Source: Candidatus Saccharimonadota bacterium (GTDB taxonomy: Bacteria > Bacillota_I > Bacilli_A > Mycoplasmatales > Hepatoplasmataceae). From it: 32,000 nt of DNA. The notes under the pieces were generated by a model that saw nothing but the letters and a program-made list of their open reading frames with translations, was not told the DNA's origin and did no database searches. The stretch is taken from NCBI GenBank assembly GCA_027925325.1, contig AP027133.1, forward strand, positions 360,001-392,000. Direction: 5' to 3'. The position numbers were made by a program, and so were the translations under genes. Below are positions 1 to 11,899 of this stretch, piece after piece (position 1 is the first letter of the stretch; each line of letters begins with the position of its first letter).

Positions 1-917
<917 letters not shown>

Positions 918-919
918 TT

Positions 920-1930
920 TTAATCTTTAATATTTTCATCTAGAATATTAATCATTGCTAGGATTTTTTTATAATCTTGATTCTTAGGACCGATTATTGT
1001 GATTTTTTTTAAACTATTATTATTTAATTTTAAAACTTTATTAATAACAGAAATATCTTTTAATTGATCAAAATCAAATGAAATTGTTAGATTCTTCTCC
1101 TTATTTTTTATCAATGTCTCAGAATGAGAATTCAAAAGATCTCAAATCGTTTTATTCTCAACCATCTTAAAAATTCTTTCTAATTTCTCTTTTTCTTTCA
1201 AAGTTGGAATATTAACAAGAGAATTTATTCCATAATATTTTTCATCACTTGGAAATAAACTTCTGATAAGATTTTCAATAAAAGCTTTAAATTCTTCTTC
1301 TACTAAATTTAATTTTTTAATTACAAGTGTCGATATTAAAGATGATTTTTCCTTTACCTCGCTAATTTTTGTACCGATAAGTCGTTGTGAGATTATTTTG
1401 AAGGAATTTTTAATATCTTTAAATTTAAAATTGTCAATATTTAATTCCTCATTATAAAGTTTTCCAGAAGAAGAAATCGCTACAATCATCGCTTTATCTT
1501 GATTTATTTTATAAAGTTTTAAATCCTCAACAAAATAATTTTGATCTTCTTCTTTTGCAATTAAAAAAGTATTCGTTGCCTTATTAATAATTTTTAAAGC
1601 ACCTTCAATCATTTCTTCAATATTAACAGATCGTTTAGAAAATATTTTATCAATCTTATTGCGAATCGTTGTAATTGAATAATTATCAACAGAAAAATTT
1701 TCAATGTAAAATTTATAACCTTTGTTTGTTGGAATTCTTCCTGCTGATTTATAAGCTTTTTCAATATAATTTTCTCTTTCCAATTTAACCATTTCATTGC
1801 GAATTGTCGCAGATGAAACACCTAAATTAGGATACTTATTAAAAATTAAATCGGATGAAATTGCATTTCCAGTATTTATATATTCATCAACTATCGATAA
1901 TAAAATTTGTAATTTTCGATCAATGATCAT
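920..1930 (-). CDS. hrcA: Heat-inducible transcription repressor HrcA (336 aa)
   Basis: Track ORFs 1142..1954 and 920..1135 are in frame, joined by TGA at 1142..1144. N-terminal winged-helix region (MIIDRKLQILLSIVDEYINTGNAISS...SSATIRNEM) is typical of HrcA. I place the start at ATG 1930..1928 because GGAGG sits 5 nt upstream; the track's longer start would overlap the RBS and a CIRCE element. Confidence 0.9.
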
Positions 1931-1940
1931 ATTCACCTCC

Positions 1941-1967
1941 TTAGCAAACAACAACTTACTCTGCTAA
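1941..1967 (-). promoter_or_regulatory. CIRCE-like HrcA operator, promoter-proximal
   Basis: TTAGCAAAC-N9-CTCTGCTAA (plus strand), i.e. TTAGCA-N15-TGCTAA. Compare the CIRCE consensus TTAGCACTC-N9-GAGTGCTAA. Lies between the predicted -10 and the hrcA RBS. Confidence 0.6.
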
Positions 1968-1968
1968 T

Positions 1969-1997
1969 ATGATAATAAATTAATTAGCAAAAGTCAA
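1969..1997 (-). promoter_or_regulatory. Sigma-70-like promoter of the hrcA-grpE-dnaK operon
   Basis: Minus strand reads TTGACT (1997..1992), a 17-nt spacer, then TATCAT (1974..1969). The -35 lies inside the distal CIRCE-like element and the proximal element starts 1 nt after the -10. Confidence 0.45.
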
Positions 1998-2010
1998 TAC
2001 TTTTTGCTGA
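1984..2010 (-). promoter_or_regulatory. CIRCE-like HrcA operator, distal (overlaps the -35)
   Basis: TTAGCAAAA-N9-TTTTGCTGA (plus strand). Arms are complementary at 8 of 9 positions, with the same TTAGCA-N15-TGCT(A/G)A geometry as the proximal copy. Confidence 0.55.
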
Positions 2011-2013
2011 TTT

Positions 2014-2811
2014 TTAAAAATTATTTTCTGTTTTGATTTCTATTCTTCAAATTTGAAATCAATTCAAGATACCTAAAAAATAAAGAAAGAAGTATCAAAG
2101 ATTGCTAAATAGATAAACTCAAGTATGATATTGAATCGATAAGATAATAGCAGCAATTGTTGAAAATAAATAAAAAATATATGCTTCAATTGATTTATTA
2201 ATAAGTAAAAATCAACCTATCAAAAAACTAATAGTAATAAAAGCATCTAAAAATGCGGCACTATCAGCATATTCTGTATCATCTAATAAAAATTTTATTA
2301 AAGATGCAAAAATAAAAGTAAAGATCAATAAAAAAAGCAATATTAAAACAAAAAAGCGCTTTTTTATCGAATTTATTTTTTTGTTGCTTTCTTTTTTTCC
2401 TCAATTTAGATAAGCAAAAAAAACAAGAACAAAAACAATAATTTGTTCAATCGCTTCAAATCATAAAAATAAAATTAAACAACTTAAAAAATAACTAATA
2501 ATAAAAGTGAAATAAAAAATAAAACATTTTTTACTATTTCGATGCAAAAAAAGATCACCAAAGATCCCAACAAGAGAAGAAATAAAACTTAAAATAAATC
2601 AAAAATAAATAATTAAAGCATCGCCCTCTTCTTTTCATTCTAAATATTCTTTCCCCTTGATTGTTCCATTATTGAAAAAAAACTGATAAATTGAAAAGAT
2701 AAAAACAGCGCTTATTACAAAAAAAACAATCATAGCAAGTTCTTTTGCATAAAGAATTGTGATTGCTTTTTGATTTATTTTTTCAATTAATTTTATCTCT
2801 GTCTGATTCAT
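2014..2811 (-). CDS. pnuC: Multi-pass membrane protein, PnuC-like nicotinamide riboside transporter (265 aa)
   Basis: Absent from the ORF track because it has about ten in-frame TGA codons. Hand translation from ATG 2811 to TAA 2016..2014 has no TAA/TAG. The protein is very hydrophobic with two repeated halves ending in Trp motifs (FFAYLNWGKK and FLGILNWFQIW), and FLDAFITISFLIGWFLL matches the PnuC pattern as I recall it. Confidence 0.55.
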
Positions 2812-2830
2812 GATTTAAAACAATAAAATA

Positions 2831-3814
2831 TTATTTCATCATGATAAGTGAAACCAATTTATCACGATTTAAATTATAAAAATAATTTTCAAAATCAGCG
2901 ATTGAGTAGACAATTTTTTTGATCATATCTTGATCATATTTAATACCGATAAATTGATTTTTTAAATCATCTGTATTATATTTTGAAAAATATTCACCAA
3001 AAATCTCAAATTGTGAGATTTTTCCATTTTCTAAATTGAAATAAATTTGAATTGTTCCAAATCCAGGAATATATTCATTTTTTTTATATTTATATTCACT
3101 TTTGTTTTCTAATAAAAAATTAATTTTTTTAGCCTTTGCATCGGCTATTTTTTTGATCTCTTGTAATTGTTTTTCATTAAATTTATATTCATTGTCATCT
3201 GCAATATTAGCAATTAAAGAATTAATAAATTGTTCTTTTGTAATTTTTTGTTTTAATTCCTGATAAATATTACCAACTCTTTTTTGAATTGATTTGACCC
3301 CTTTTGAAGCGATTTTATCGTAGTTTGGTGTCAAAATTTTACTGACATTACTAAAATCAACATCAAAAATTAATGTTCCATGAAAAATTAAATTATTATT
3401 ACTTACAAATTGAGCAATTCCTGAAATTTTCTTACCCTCAATTTGAATATCATTTCTACCGCCAAATTGCGCATTAAGATGTAATTTATCCGTTAAAAAA
3501 TCAACAATTGGTTTGCTATATTTTTCAAATTGATAAATATCTTTTGCTTTATCTTTTAAGACAAAAGAATAATTAACATTACCTAAATCTTGATAAACAG
3601 CACCACCACCCGATACTCTTCTTACAAGTAAGATTTTGTTTTGTTTTAAATAATCAATATTTGTCTCATTCATCGGATTTTGATTCTTACCAATTATTAC
3701 AGAGCGATCATTAACATAAACATAAAATAGATCTTCATTTAAATTATTGATAATATATTCTTCTGCTGCTAAATTAAAATAAGGATTTGTTGTTTTTGAT
3801 AAAATGTATTTCAT
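2831..3814 (-). CDS. lplA: Lipoate-protein ligase A (327 aa)
   Basis: Intact track ORF. NPYFNLAAEEY...RRVSGGGAVYQDLGNVNYSF is the LplA/LipB-family catalytic core. Immediately downstream of the PDH genes. Confidence 0.9.
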   Translation of the reverse strand: MKYILSKTTNPYFNLAAEEYIINNLNEDLFYVYVNDRSVIIGKNQNPMNETNIDYLKQNKILLVRRVSGGGAVYQDLGNVNYSFVLKDKAKDIYQFEKYSKPIVDFLTDKLHLNAQFGGRNDIQIEGKKISGIAQFVSNNNLIFHGTLIFDVDFSNVSKILTPNYDKIASKGVKSIQKRVGNIYQELKQKITKEQFINSLIANIADDNEYKFNEKQLQEIKKIADAKAKKINFLLENKSEYKYKKNEYIPGFGTIQIYFNLENGKISQFEIFGEYFSKYNTDDLKNQFIGIKYDQDMIKKIVYSIADFENYFYNLNRDKLVSLIMMK

Positions 3815-3840
3815 TTTTGTCTTTTATCTTTCAAATTTTT

Positions 3841-6324
3841 TTAAACACCATATTTTGCTCGACGTTTATATTCAACTACGGTATTAATTTTTTTCGCTTG
3901 ATAATCTTTTAATTTAATAATTTTAGCATCGATTGTTGACAAAATATCATCAACTTGCGGATAGATATATTTTTCATAATCAGCACCAGGCATAATTCAA
4001 TTTCTTGCTCCTAGAACTGCTGGAGGTGAATCTAAATAATTAAAGACAAATTCTGTAATATTTGAAGCAACCGCCTTCATAAAATTCATCCGTTCAAATC
4101 CTTCATTGATAAGAATAATTTTGCCTGTTTTTTTAACAGAATTTATAATAATATCATAATCAAAAGGAACCGCTGAACGCATATCGATAACTTCTGCTTT
4201 TATATTATATTTTTCCTTTAAAATTTTTGCGGCATCGATCGCTGTATAAAGGGCTGCTCCTAGCGTAACAATCGTAATATCATCACCGGTTTCTCTAATT
4301 ACACCTTCGCCAAATGGAATTTCATAATATCCTTTTGGAACTCCTTCTTTTACAAAGAATTCACCCTTATCATAAAGTTTTTGCGTTTCAATGAAAAAAG
4401 TCGGATCTTCTGAATTTAAAGCGGTATTCATAAGCCCTTTGGCATCATAAGGAGTAACAGGTGCAACCAGATTAATTCCGGTAATCGAAGCAAGAACTGA
4501 GGTATAATCTTGTGAATGTTGAACACCATATTGACTTCCAATATTTGTTCGAACTACTACCGGAAGTTTTAATTGTCCCCCTGACATCGATCTTCACTTT
4601 GAAAGTTGATTAGAAAGTTCATCTCCTGCTCGGAACAGAAAATCAAAATATTCTAATTCGACGATCGCTTGTCCTCCTGCCATCGCATAACCAATAGCCG
4701 TTCCAACGATTGCTGCTTCAGCAATCGGTGAATTAAATAAACGATGATAAGGAAGTGATTCTGTAAGACCGTTGTAAACACCGTATGCTCCACCTCAATC
4801 TCTTAGCTCCTCTCCTCAACCAGCAAAAGTTGGTTCTTTATAAAAATGATCAAGAATCGCTTCGAAGATTCCATCTCGTATCTGATAAGATTTCATCTTT
4901 GAAAGCGGTTTACCATTTTTATCAAATGCATATCTTTCTCTTTTGCTAATTCTTTTAACACGAGGATTTTCTTCTTTAATAATTGAAGTTTCAATCGCTT
5001 TTTCTTTTGTATAAGTAAATTTTTTGCGTGAAAACATTAAATTATCAAGAACCTGATTATCATTTTCTCAATCTAATTCTTTTGTAATATCTTTATCGAT
5101 TGATAATTTATAAACTTCAAAATAAAGATTTTCAATTTCTGCACGAATTTTTTTTAATTCTTCTTGATCTTTAATAATTTTATTTTCAATCATTTGTTTT
5201 GCGAATAATTCAATTGGATCTAATTTTTTTCAAGTTGAAATCTCCTCTGGTGTTCGATAAGATTCTAAATCACCAGAAGAATGTCCATTATATCGATAGG
5301 TTAAAATTTCATTTAAAACCGGTCCATCACCTTTTAAAACAATTGCTTTTTTTCTTCTAATTAGATCAATAGTTGCTAATACATCTTGTCCATTTACTCT
5401 TTCTGCAAACATATTCTCAGGATTTATTCCCGCTCCAAGTCTTGCCGGAATCTTATATCCCATCGTTTCACCGACTGTTTGTCCACCCATTCCATATTGA
5501 TTATTCATCAAATTAATCATAAGCGGAGGTCTTTTATTATAAGGTGAAGCTCATAATTCTTTATATTGATCCATTGCTGCGAAATTTAATGTCTCTCAAA
5601 ATGGTCCAGTTGCAACACCTCCATCACCGATATTAGCGATCGAGATTCCTTTTTTTCGTTGTGTTAATTTAAAAAGAGCTGATCCTAAAGCTAGTGAAGC
5701 AGAAGCACCAACGATTGCATTATTTGGATATATTCCAAATGGAGTAAAGAAAAGATGCATTGAACCTGCAAGCCCTAGATTAAATCCTTGTTTTTTTCCT
5801 CATATTTCTGATAAAAAACCATACATGAAGAAAAATGTTGCTTTTTCTTTGATATTTTTAAATTTATATTTTGTTTTATTAACAGCTTCTAAAATCTTTC
5901 CTTCATTATAAGATTTCATAATTTGTTGAAGTTCATTATCACTTAGGCGATAAATTGTTGATAATCCCTTTGAAATTACTTCTGCATGATTTCTATGTGT
6001 ACCAAAGATAAAATCATCCTTATCCAATAATCAATGTAATCCGACCGTCGCCGCTTCTTGTCCCGTTGCCATATGCGCTGGACCATTATATTGATAAGCC
6101 AAACCTTTTCATTCGCCTTTAATTTTAATTATGTCGAGAAATTCCTCACTAACACGAATTCAGATCATCTCTTTTAGGATTTCTAAGGCATCTGCTTTTG
6201 TAAGATTATTACTTTTTATTTCATCTTCTAAATTTTTATCGTATTGAAACTCAATAATTTGTCCAAGTTCTGTTGTTTTTTTGACAATCACATCTTTGGG
6301 ATTGATAAATAATTTTTTAACCAT
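3841..6324 (-). CDS. pdhA/pdhB: 2-oxoacid (pyruvate) dehydrogenase E1 component, alpha and beta subunits fused in one 827-aa ORF
   Basis: All fragments (5800..6027, 5230..5520, 4816..5037, 3997..4587 and the gaps between) share one frame. I translated 5229..5038 codon by codon and found only sense codons plus TGA. The alpha part has the TPP motif [20 protein letters not shown] and [10 protein letters not shown]. The beta part has [37 protein letters not shown] and a C-terminal transketolase-like domain. Confidence 0.8.
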
Positions 6325-6347
6325 CTTCTTCTCCTTTTATTATTTTA

Positions 6348-7727
6348 TTATTCAAGAATTGCCGTTTTGATAATCTCACCAACCGTAGGATGAGCAAAAA
6401 TAAGATTTTTTAAATAATTTGGATTATATCTTTTGCCAATTAAAATCGAACCGATATTAATAATCTCAGAAGAATAATTCCCTAATAAGGAAATTCCAAT
6501 TATCTCCTCAGTATCTCTACGTAAGACAATTTTTAATAATCCATCAAAATTTTTACCGGCAAGATTTCCAGATTCAATCACAAATCTTCCTGAATAAAGC
6601 ATTGGGACTTTTTTTGTCTTAACATCTATTCCTGCTTTTTTGGCGTTTTCTTCGTTTATACCGATTTCACCAACTTCAGGTGTACAATAAATTACAGATG
6701 GAATTTGATCATAATTTATCTTTATTTTATTACCCAAAATATTTTCAAGAACAACCTCTCCTTCACGATAAGCGGTATGCGCAAGCATTGATTTTCCATT
6801 TGCATCGCCGATTGCATAAACTCCAGGGACATTTGTTCTTAAATTTTCATCGGTTACAATTGCACCTTTATCAACATAAACTCTAAGATTTTCAAGTCCA
6901 TATCCCGAAACGACTGCTTTTCGTCCCGCAGCAACAAGTAATTTATCAAATTCTATTTTCTTTTTTTGACCACTTAAATCGACAACTATCGCTTGATTAT
7001 TTTCAATTTCTGTAATTTTATGGCCTAATAAAAATTTTATTTTCTTTTTTGCCTCTAATTGTTCTTGTAATTTCTTTGAAATCTCAAGATCAAAAGGACC
7101 AGCAATCTTTGGTGCTAATTCCACAATCGTAACATCTGAACCGATCCCTGCAAAAAAAGTTCCAAGTTCAAGTCCGATTACTCCTCCACCCATAATCAAA
7201 AGTCTTTTTGGAATTTCAAAAAGTGATAAAGCTTTTGTTGAATCGATTATTTTTGCATCTTTTGGATTAAGCCCGGTAATTGGTGGATAAAAAATTTCTG
7301 ATCCAGTTGCAATTACTAAATTTTTTCCATTGATCTCTTCTTTATCATCAATCTTAATCTTAAAATCTTGTGGTTTTGAAGTTTCTAAAATTTTCCCAAA
7401 ACCTTTATATATTTTTGCTCCTGATCTTTTAACTTTCATTTCCGCCGCTTTTGTTAAAAAAACAACTTTTTCATCTTTATATTTAACAAGTTGCTTCTGA
7501 TTGAAAGTAATATTACTTACATTTATTCCAATATCATTACCCTCTTTTGCTTCCGAAAAAACTTTTTCTGCATGTAAGAAAGCTTTAGAAGGGATGCAAC
7601 CAACCGTAACACATGTTCCACCGAAGCGATCTTTTTCAATTACTGCTGTTTTTAATCCTTTTTTTGCAGAATTATAAGCAAGTTCATATCCGCCAGGTCC
7701 ACCACCTAAAATAATTAAATCAAACAT
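6348..7727 (-). CDS. pdhD: Dihydrolipoyl dehydrogenase, E3 (459 aa)
   Basis: Intact ORF. FAD-binding GGGPGGY, redox-active disulfide GGTCVTVGCIPSK, second Rossmann motif GGGVIGLELG, and C-terminal HAHPT-like FAHPTVGE. Confidence 0.93.
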   Translation of the reverse strand: MFDLIILGGGPGGYELAYNSAKKGLKTAVIEKDRFGGTCVTVGCIPSKAFLHAEKVFSEAKEGNDIGINVSNITFNQKQLVKYKDEKVVFLTKAAEMKVKRSGAKIYKGFGKILETSKPQDFKIKIDDKEEINGKNLVIATGSEIFYPPITGLNPKDAKIIDSTKALSLFEIPKRLLIMGGGVIGLELGTFFAGIGSDVTIVELAPKIAGPFDLEISKKLQEQLEAKKKIKFLLGHKITEIENNQAIVVDLSGQKKKIEFDKLLVAAGRKAVVSGYGLENLRVYVDKGAIVTDENLRTNVPGVYAIGDANGKSMLAHTAYREGEVVLENILGNKIKINYDQIPSVIYCTPEVGEIGINEENAKKAGIDVKTKKVPMLYSGRFVIESGNLAGKNFDGLLKIVLRRDTEEIIGISLLGNYSSEIINIGSILIGKRYNPNYLKNLIFAHPTVGEIIKTAILE

Positions 7728-7738
7728 TTTCTACCTTT

Positions 7739-9016
7739 CTATTTGATAATCTCATCATATGAGATATCTTCTAATCTTTTAATTAATTCTTTTAAAAATT
7801 CAGCTCCTTTTGCACCATCAAAAGGACGATGATCCATTGTTAATGATAGTGTAATTTCTGCAAATTCAATAATTCCATTTTTTTGCATTTTTAAACGCTT
7901 AATCGGTGAGCCAACCCCTAAAAGCGCAGCTTGAGGAGGATTTAAAATCGGTGTAAATCCACTAACACCAGAAAGTCCTAAATTACTAATTGTAAATGTT
8001 CCTCCCATTTGATCTTTAGGTGATAATTTTCCTTCCTTTGTCCGTAAAATTAAATCTTTTGTTCTTCGCGTAATCTCACCCAAAGAGATTTCTGAAGCAT
8101 TTCTAACAATAGGAACAAAAAGTCCTTTTGGAGCATCGATCGCAACAGCGATATGTGCAACTTTATAAGCATCATAATAATCAGGACCGATCAAGGAATT
8201 AATATGCGGAAAATCAACTAGAGTCCGTCCTAATACATAAATAATAAGATCGTTTATTGATGAATCTTCAATCTTATCTTTTTCCTCTTTTGTTTTAGTT
8301 TTTATTATCGCACGAATATTTAATAATTTTGTCGCATCAAAAGGGGCCATTAATGTAAGTTGTGCTCCATGCTGCAATGAATTTTCCATCGATCTTGCGA
8401 TTGCTTTTCGAACTGATGTAAAATTAACATGTTCAAATTCTGCTCCTGCTTTTGCTTCATCATCTTTTTCTTCTTGATAATAAGTTCTTAAAACATCGCT
8501 TTCCATTGCGCGATTTTCAACACCTGACGTTTTATTAATATCATCTAATTTAACACCTAGAGATTTTGCAACCATTTTTGCTCTTGGTGTAATCGAAATA
8601 TTTGCTTTATTTTCAGTTGATGGATTTTGCGTTGTTTTTAAATTTTGTTTAAAATTAGAATCATCTTTTTCTTCTTTTGTAGAAGATTCATTAATTGAAT
8701 TTTGTTCTTGTTTATTTTCTTCTTTAGGTGATTCTTGTTTTGCTTCACTTTTATTTGATCACTGAGAAATATCATCGCCTTTTTTACCAATTATCAATAC
8801 AGGTTCAAGAACTTTAACTTCATCGCCTGATTCATAAAAAATTTTTAAAACTTCCCCACTATCTTCGGTTTTAAATTCAGTCGTTGATTTATCAGTCTCA
8901 TATTCAAAAAGAATATCACCTGCTTTTACTTTATCACCTACTTTTACTTTTATATCCCCTAGAATTATCGATTCTACGGTATTACCCATTTTTGGGGCTT
9001 TAATTGCTTTTGCCAT
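7739..9016 (-). CDS. pdhC: Dihydrolipoamide acetyltransferase, E2 (425 aa)
   Basis: Track ORFs 8759..9016 (lipoyl domain, ETDKSTTEF with the lipoyl-Lys) and 7739..8575 (catalytic domain, DHRPFDG active site) are in frame. The 8576..8758 linker was hand-translated with no stops apart from TGA at 8759..8761. It is E/K/Q/N/S-rich and is followed by a subunit-binding segment (ISITPRAKMVAKSLGV). Confidence 0.9.
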
Positions 9017-9041
9017 ATTGATAAATATTAATTTTTACTCC

Positions 9042-9986
9042 TTAATTACTATTTATAACTTGTAATGCCGTTATAATTACTAAATTAACAATTTCTTGAA
9101 CTTTTGCTCCTCTACTTAAATCATTAACTGGTTTTCTAATATTTTGTAAAATTGGTCCAATCGCTTCAAAATTTCCCAAGGAAGATGCAATTTTATAAGA
9201 AATATTTCCACAATCTAAATCAGGAAAAATGAAAACATTAGGAAGTTTTGAAAAATCATATCCCTTTGCTTTGATTTTAAAAACTTCTTCATTATAGGCA
9301 GCATCTCATTGGATTTCACCGATAATTTTATAATTTGTTAATTTTTTGGCAATTTCTGTCGCTTCTTGTATTTTTAAAACGAGCGGATGATTTCCACCTG
9401 AACCAAAAGTAGAAAAAGAAAGCATAGCAATTACCGGCTCAATATTAAACATTTTCTTTACTGAATTGGCTGTTTCTATTGCAATATTTGCTAATTCCTC
9501 ACTATTAGGATTAGGATTTACAGAAATATCAGCAAAAAATAAATCTCTATGATTTTGTTTCTTAAGTCACATAAAAGAAGAAACGGGTGTATTTTTAATT
9601 TTTGTTTTTAAAATTTGAAAACTCGGTCTCAAAATATCAGAAGTTGGATGGGTAACACCAGAAACTATTCCATCGGCTTTTTTTGATTTTAAAAGTAAAT
9701 TAGCAAAATAATTTCGATCTAAAAATTTTTTCTCTAGTGATTTTAAATCATCTTTATCTTTACGCAATTCTTTAAAAAGTTGATATAATTTTTCTTTTTC
9801 ATTTACATCATAATCTTCGATAAATTTTTGATCTATCTTTAAATATTTTAAATTCTTAAATTCTTGTTCGATTATTTTTTTAGCATCAAAAAATCTTTGA
9901 TCATCATCGGTTGATAAAATTATTATTTCTTGATGATAATTTTTAATCTTTGCTTTTAAATCTTCAAAATTTATTTTATCTTTCAT
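9042..9986 (-). CDS. pta: Phosphate acetyltransferase (314 aa)
   Basis: ORF 9567..9986 continues through TGA at 9567..9569 to TAA at 9044..9042. Motifs include GIVSGVTHPTSDILRP, MLSFSTFGSGG and C-terminal DLSRGAKVQEIVNLVIITALQ. Confidence 0.9.
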
Positions 9987-10012
9987 TTTATATTTTTTCT
10001 TTCCAAATTAAT

Positions 10013-11194
10013 TTAATTTTGATTTAATAATTTTTGCGCTATTTTTGCCATCTGTAATTCTTCATTTGTCTTAATTATATAAACAGGAATTTCTGATTCC
10101 TGCTTTGAAATTAAATTTATCTCTAAATTTCGATCCATTTTTGAAATTAAATTAATTTTCTTAAGTTTAAAATTACTAAAAATTTTTGTTATTAATTCAA
10201 AATCATTTTCACCAATTCCACCCGTAAAGGTAATGGCATCAATTCTATCAACTTCATTTAAATAAATTGCTAAATAATCATTAATTCTTTTTGCAAACAT
10301 CGATCTTGCTAAAATTGCTCTTTCATCATTTTTTTGCTCACCGCTAATCACATCACGCATATCAGAAGATTTACCATAAATTCCTAAAAGACCTGATTTT
10401 TTGATAAAAATATCCTCGACAAAAAATGGATTTAATTTTTTTTGATTAATTAAATAAAAAATTATTGAAGGATCCAAATCCCCACTTCTTGTCCCCATCA
10501 TAAGTCCTCCTAATGGAGTAAGACCCATTGAAGTATCATATGATTTTGAATCTTTTATCAAACAAGCACTAGCACCATTACCTAGATGAAAATTTATAAA
10601 ATTAATTTTTTCTTTATTTAAAATTTTTTTTAGTCTTTCCAATATATATTGATGACTTGTACCATGCGCACCATATCTTCGTATTTTATATTTATCATAA
10701 AATTCATAAGGGATTGGAAATACAAAATTTAATGGTGGAATTGTTGAATGAAAAGTTGTATCAAAAACAGCAACATGTTTAATATTTTGATATTTTTTAA
10801 AAAATTCTTTTAAAGCAATTACATTAAAAGGTTGATGTAAAGGAGCTAATGGTGTTAAAGATTCAATTTTTTCAATTGTCTCTCAATCTTTTACAATGAT
10901 ATTTTCTCGAAAAACTTCCGCTCCCATCACTATTCGATGAACCATTAAATAAAGATCTTCAAATTTAAAAATGTCGTTTTGATCGATAAATCTTTTTAAT
11001 TCGCTCCCTAAATCTTGATGTTTAAAGTTTTTCTGTTCTTTAATAACATTTTTATTATGATCTTCATAATAAAAAGTCGTTCCTTCAATCCCAATTCTAT
11101 CAATTAATCCTTTTCCTAAAAGTAAAAGATTTTTTGTAAAAATTTGAAATTTGCATGAGGAACTTCCGACATTTAAAATTAGTATTTTCTCCAT
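10013..11194 (-). CDS. ackA: Acetate kinase (393 aa)
   Basis: ORFs 10883..11194 and 10013..10642 are in frame (offset 870 nt). N-terminal ILILNVGSSSCKFQIF, then GTRSGDLDP and ITFTGGIGEN, are AckA signatures. Confidence 0.92.
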
Positions 11195-11233
11195 TTTTCT
11201 AATTCCCTAGCTTTCGTTAAATTAATATTTTAT

Positions 11234-11257
11234 ACAATTAAATTATAATTTAATTGT
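11234..11257. repeat. Perfect 24-bp palindrome ACAATTAAATTATAATTTAATTGT in the divergent ackA / thiamine-kinase intergenic region; candidate operator
   Basis: All 12 base pairs checked position by position (11234 with 11257 through 11245 with 11246). A TATAAT hexamer (11244..11249) lies at its centre, 30 nt upstream of the plus-strand ATG at 11279. Confidence 0.6.
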
Positions 11258-11278
11258 CAAAATTCTTAAAAAATTAAA

Positions 11279-11896
11279 ATGAAAAAATGTTTAATCACAA
11301 CTAAAAATTTAAAGAAAGAAAGAATCAATTATTTAAATTATGATTTTTTTATCGGAGTAGAAAAAGGGGCAAAGTTTATTTCCAAAAATAAAAAAATAAA
11401 AAATAAATACTACATCTCTGATTTTGATAGTTTAAAAAATTACGAAGATAAATTACAAAAAACAGGGAAAATAATAATTTTAGAAAAAGAAAAAGATTTT
11501 AGTGATGTAGAAGAAGCGATCAAATATGCGATTTTAAATGGTTATAAAAATAATCAAATTGAACTATTTGTAAATGAAAATTTAGGGAGAAAGGATCATT
11601 TATTTAATATTTTTAATCTTGCAAGAAAATATGAGATTTTAGTATATGGAAATAAATTCAAAATAACTCCTATTAAAAAAAATCAAGAAAAGATCATAAA
11701 AAAAGATCGATATAAATACCTATCTATTTTTATCTTTGAAAAAACAATTATTACGACTTCCAATTTAAAATGAGATTTAAAAAATAGAGAATTTAATCCT
11801 AATTCATCTACTAATTTAATTTCAAATGAAATAACTAAAGATCAAGCAAAGATTAAATCCTCTAATTTAATTCTTATTGTCCAAGCAAATGATTAA
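11279..11896 (+). CDS. thiN: Thiamine pyrophosphokinase (205 aa)
   Basis: ORF 11279..11773 continues through TGA at 11771..11773 to TAA at 11894..11896. Motif order matches TPK: GVEKGA, SDFDS, EKDFSDVEEAI, GRKDHLFNI, and the C-terminal thiamine-binding region. Confidence 0.7.
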
Positions 11897-11899
11897 TTA

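Noticed and set aside
920-1135. 71-aa ORF as an independent gene between hrcA and grpE.
   Set aside because: It is in frame with hrcA across TGA 1142..1144 and its apparent start is only a TTG. It completes HrcA to the expected length of about 336 aa.
1609-1821. Minus-strand alternative-frame ORFs inside hrcA (1609..1821) and inside tpiA (28459..28698).
   Set aside because: Both are fully nested out of frame within conserved genes, and their sequences (runs of L/I/K/F) are typical of frame-shifted AT-rich coding DNA.
1931-1954. Longer hrcA start (MLFAKEVN...) used by the ORF track.
   Set aside because: That extension would be translated through the GGAGG RBS and the proximal CIRCE element. 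ATG 1930 with proper RBS spacing is the better start.
5035-5037. Internal ATG as the start of a separate pdhB.
   Set aside because: No stop codon separates it from the E1-alpha frame and there is no RBS-like sequence upstream. It is kept as an untested possibility of a secondary start only.
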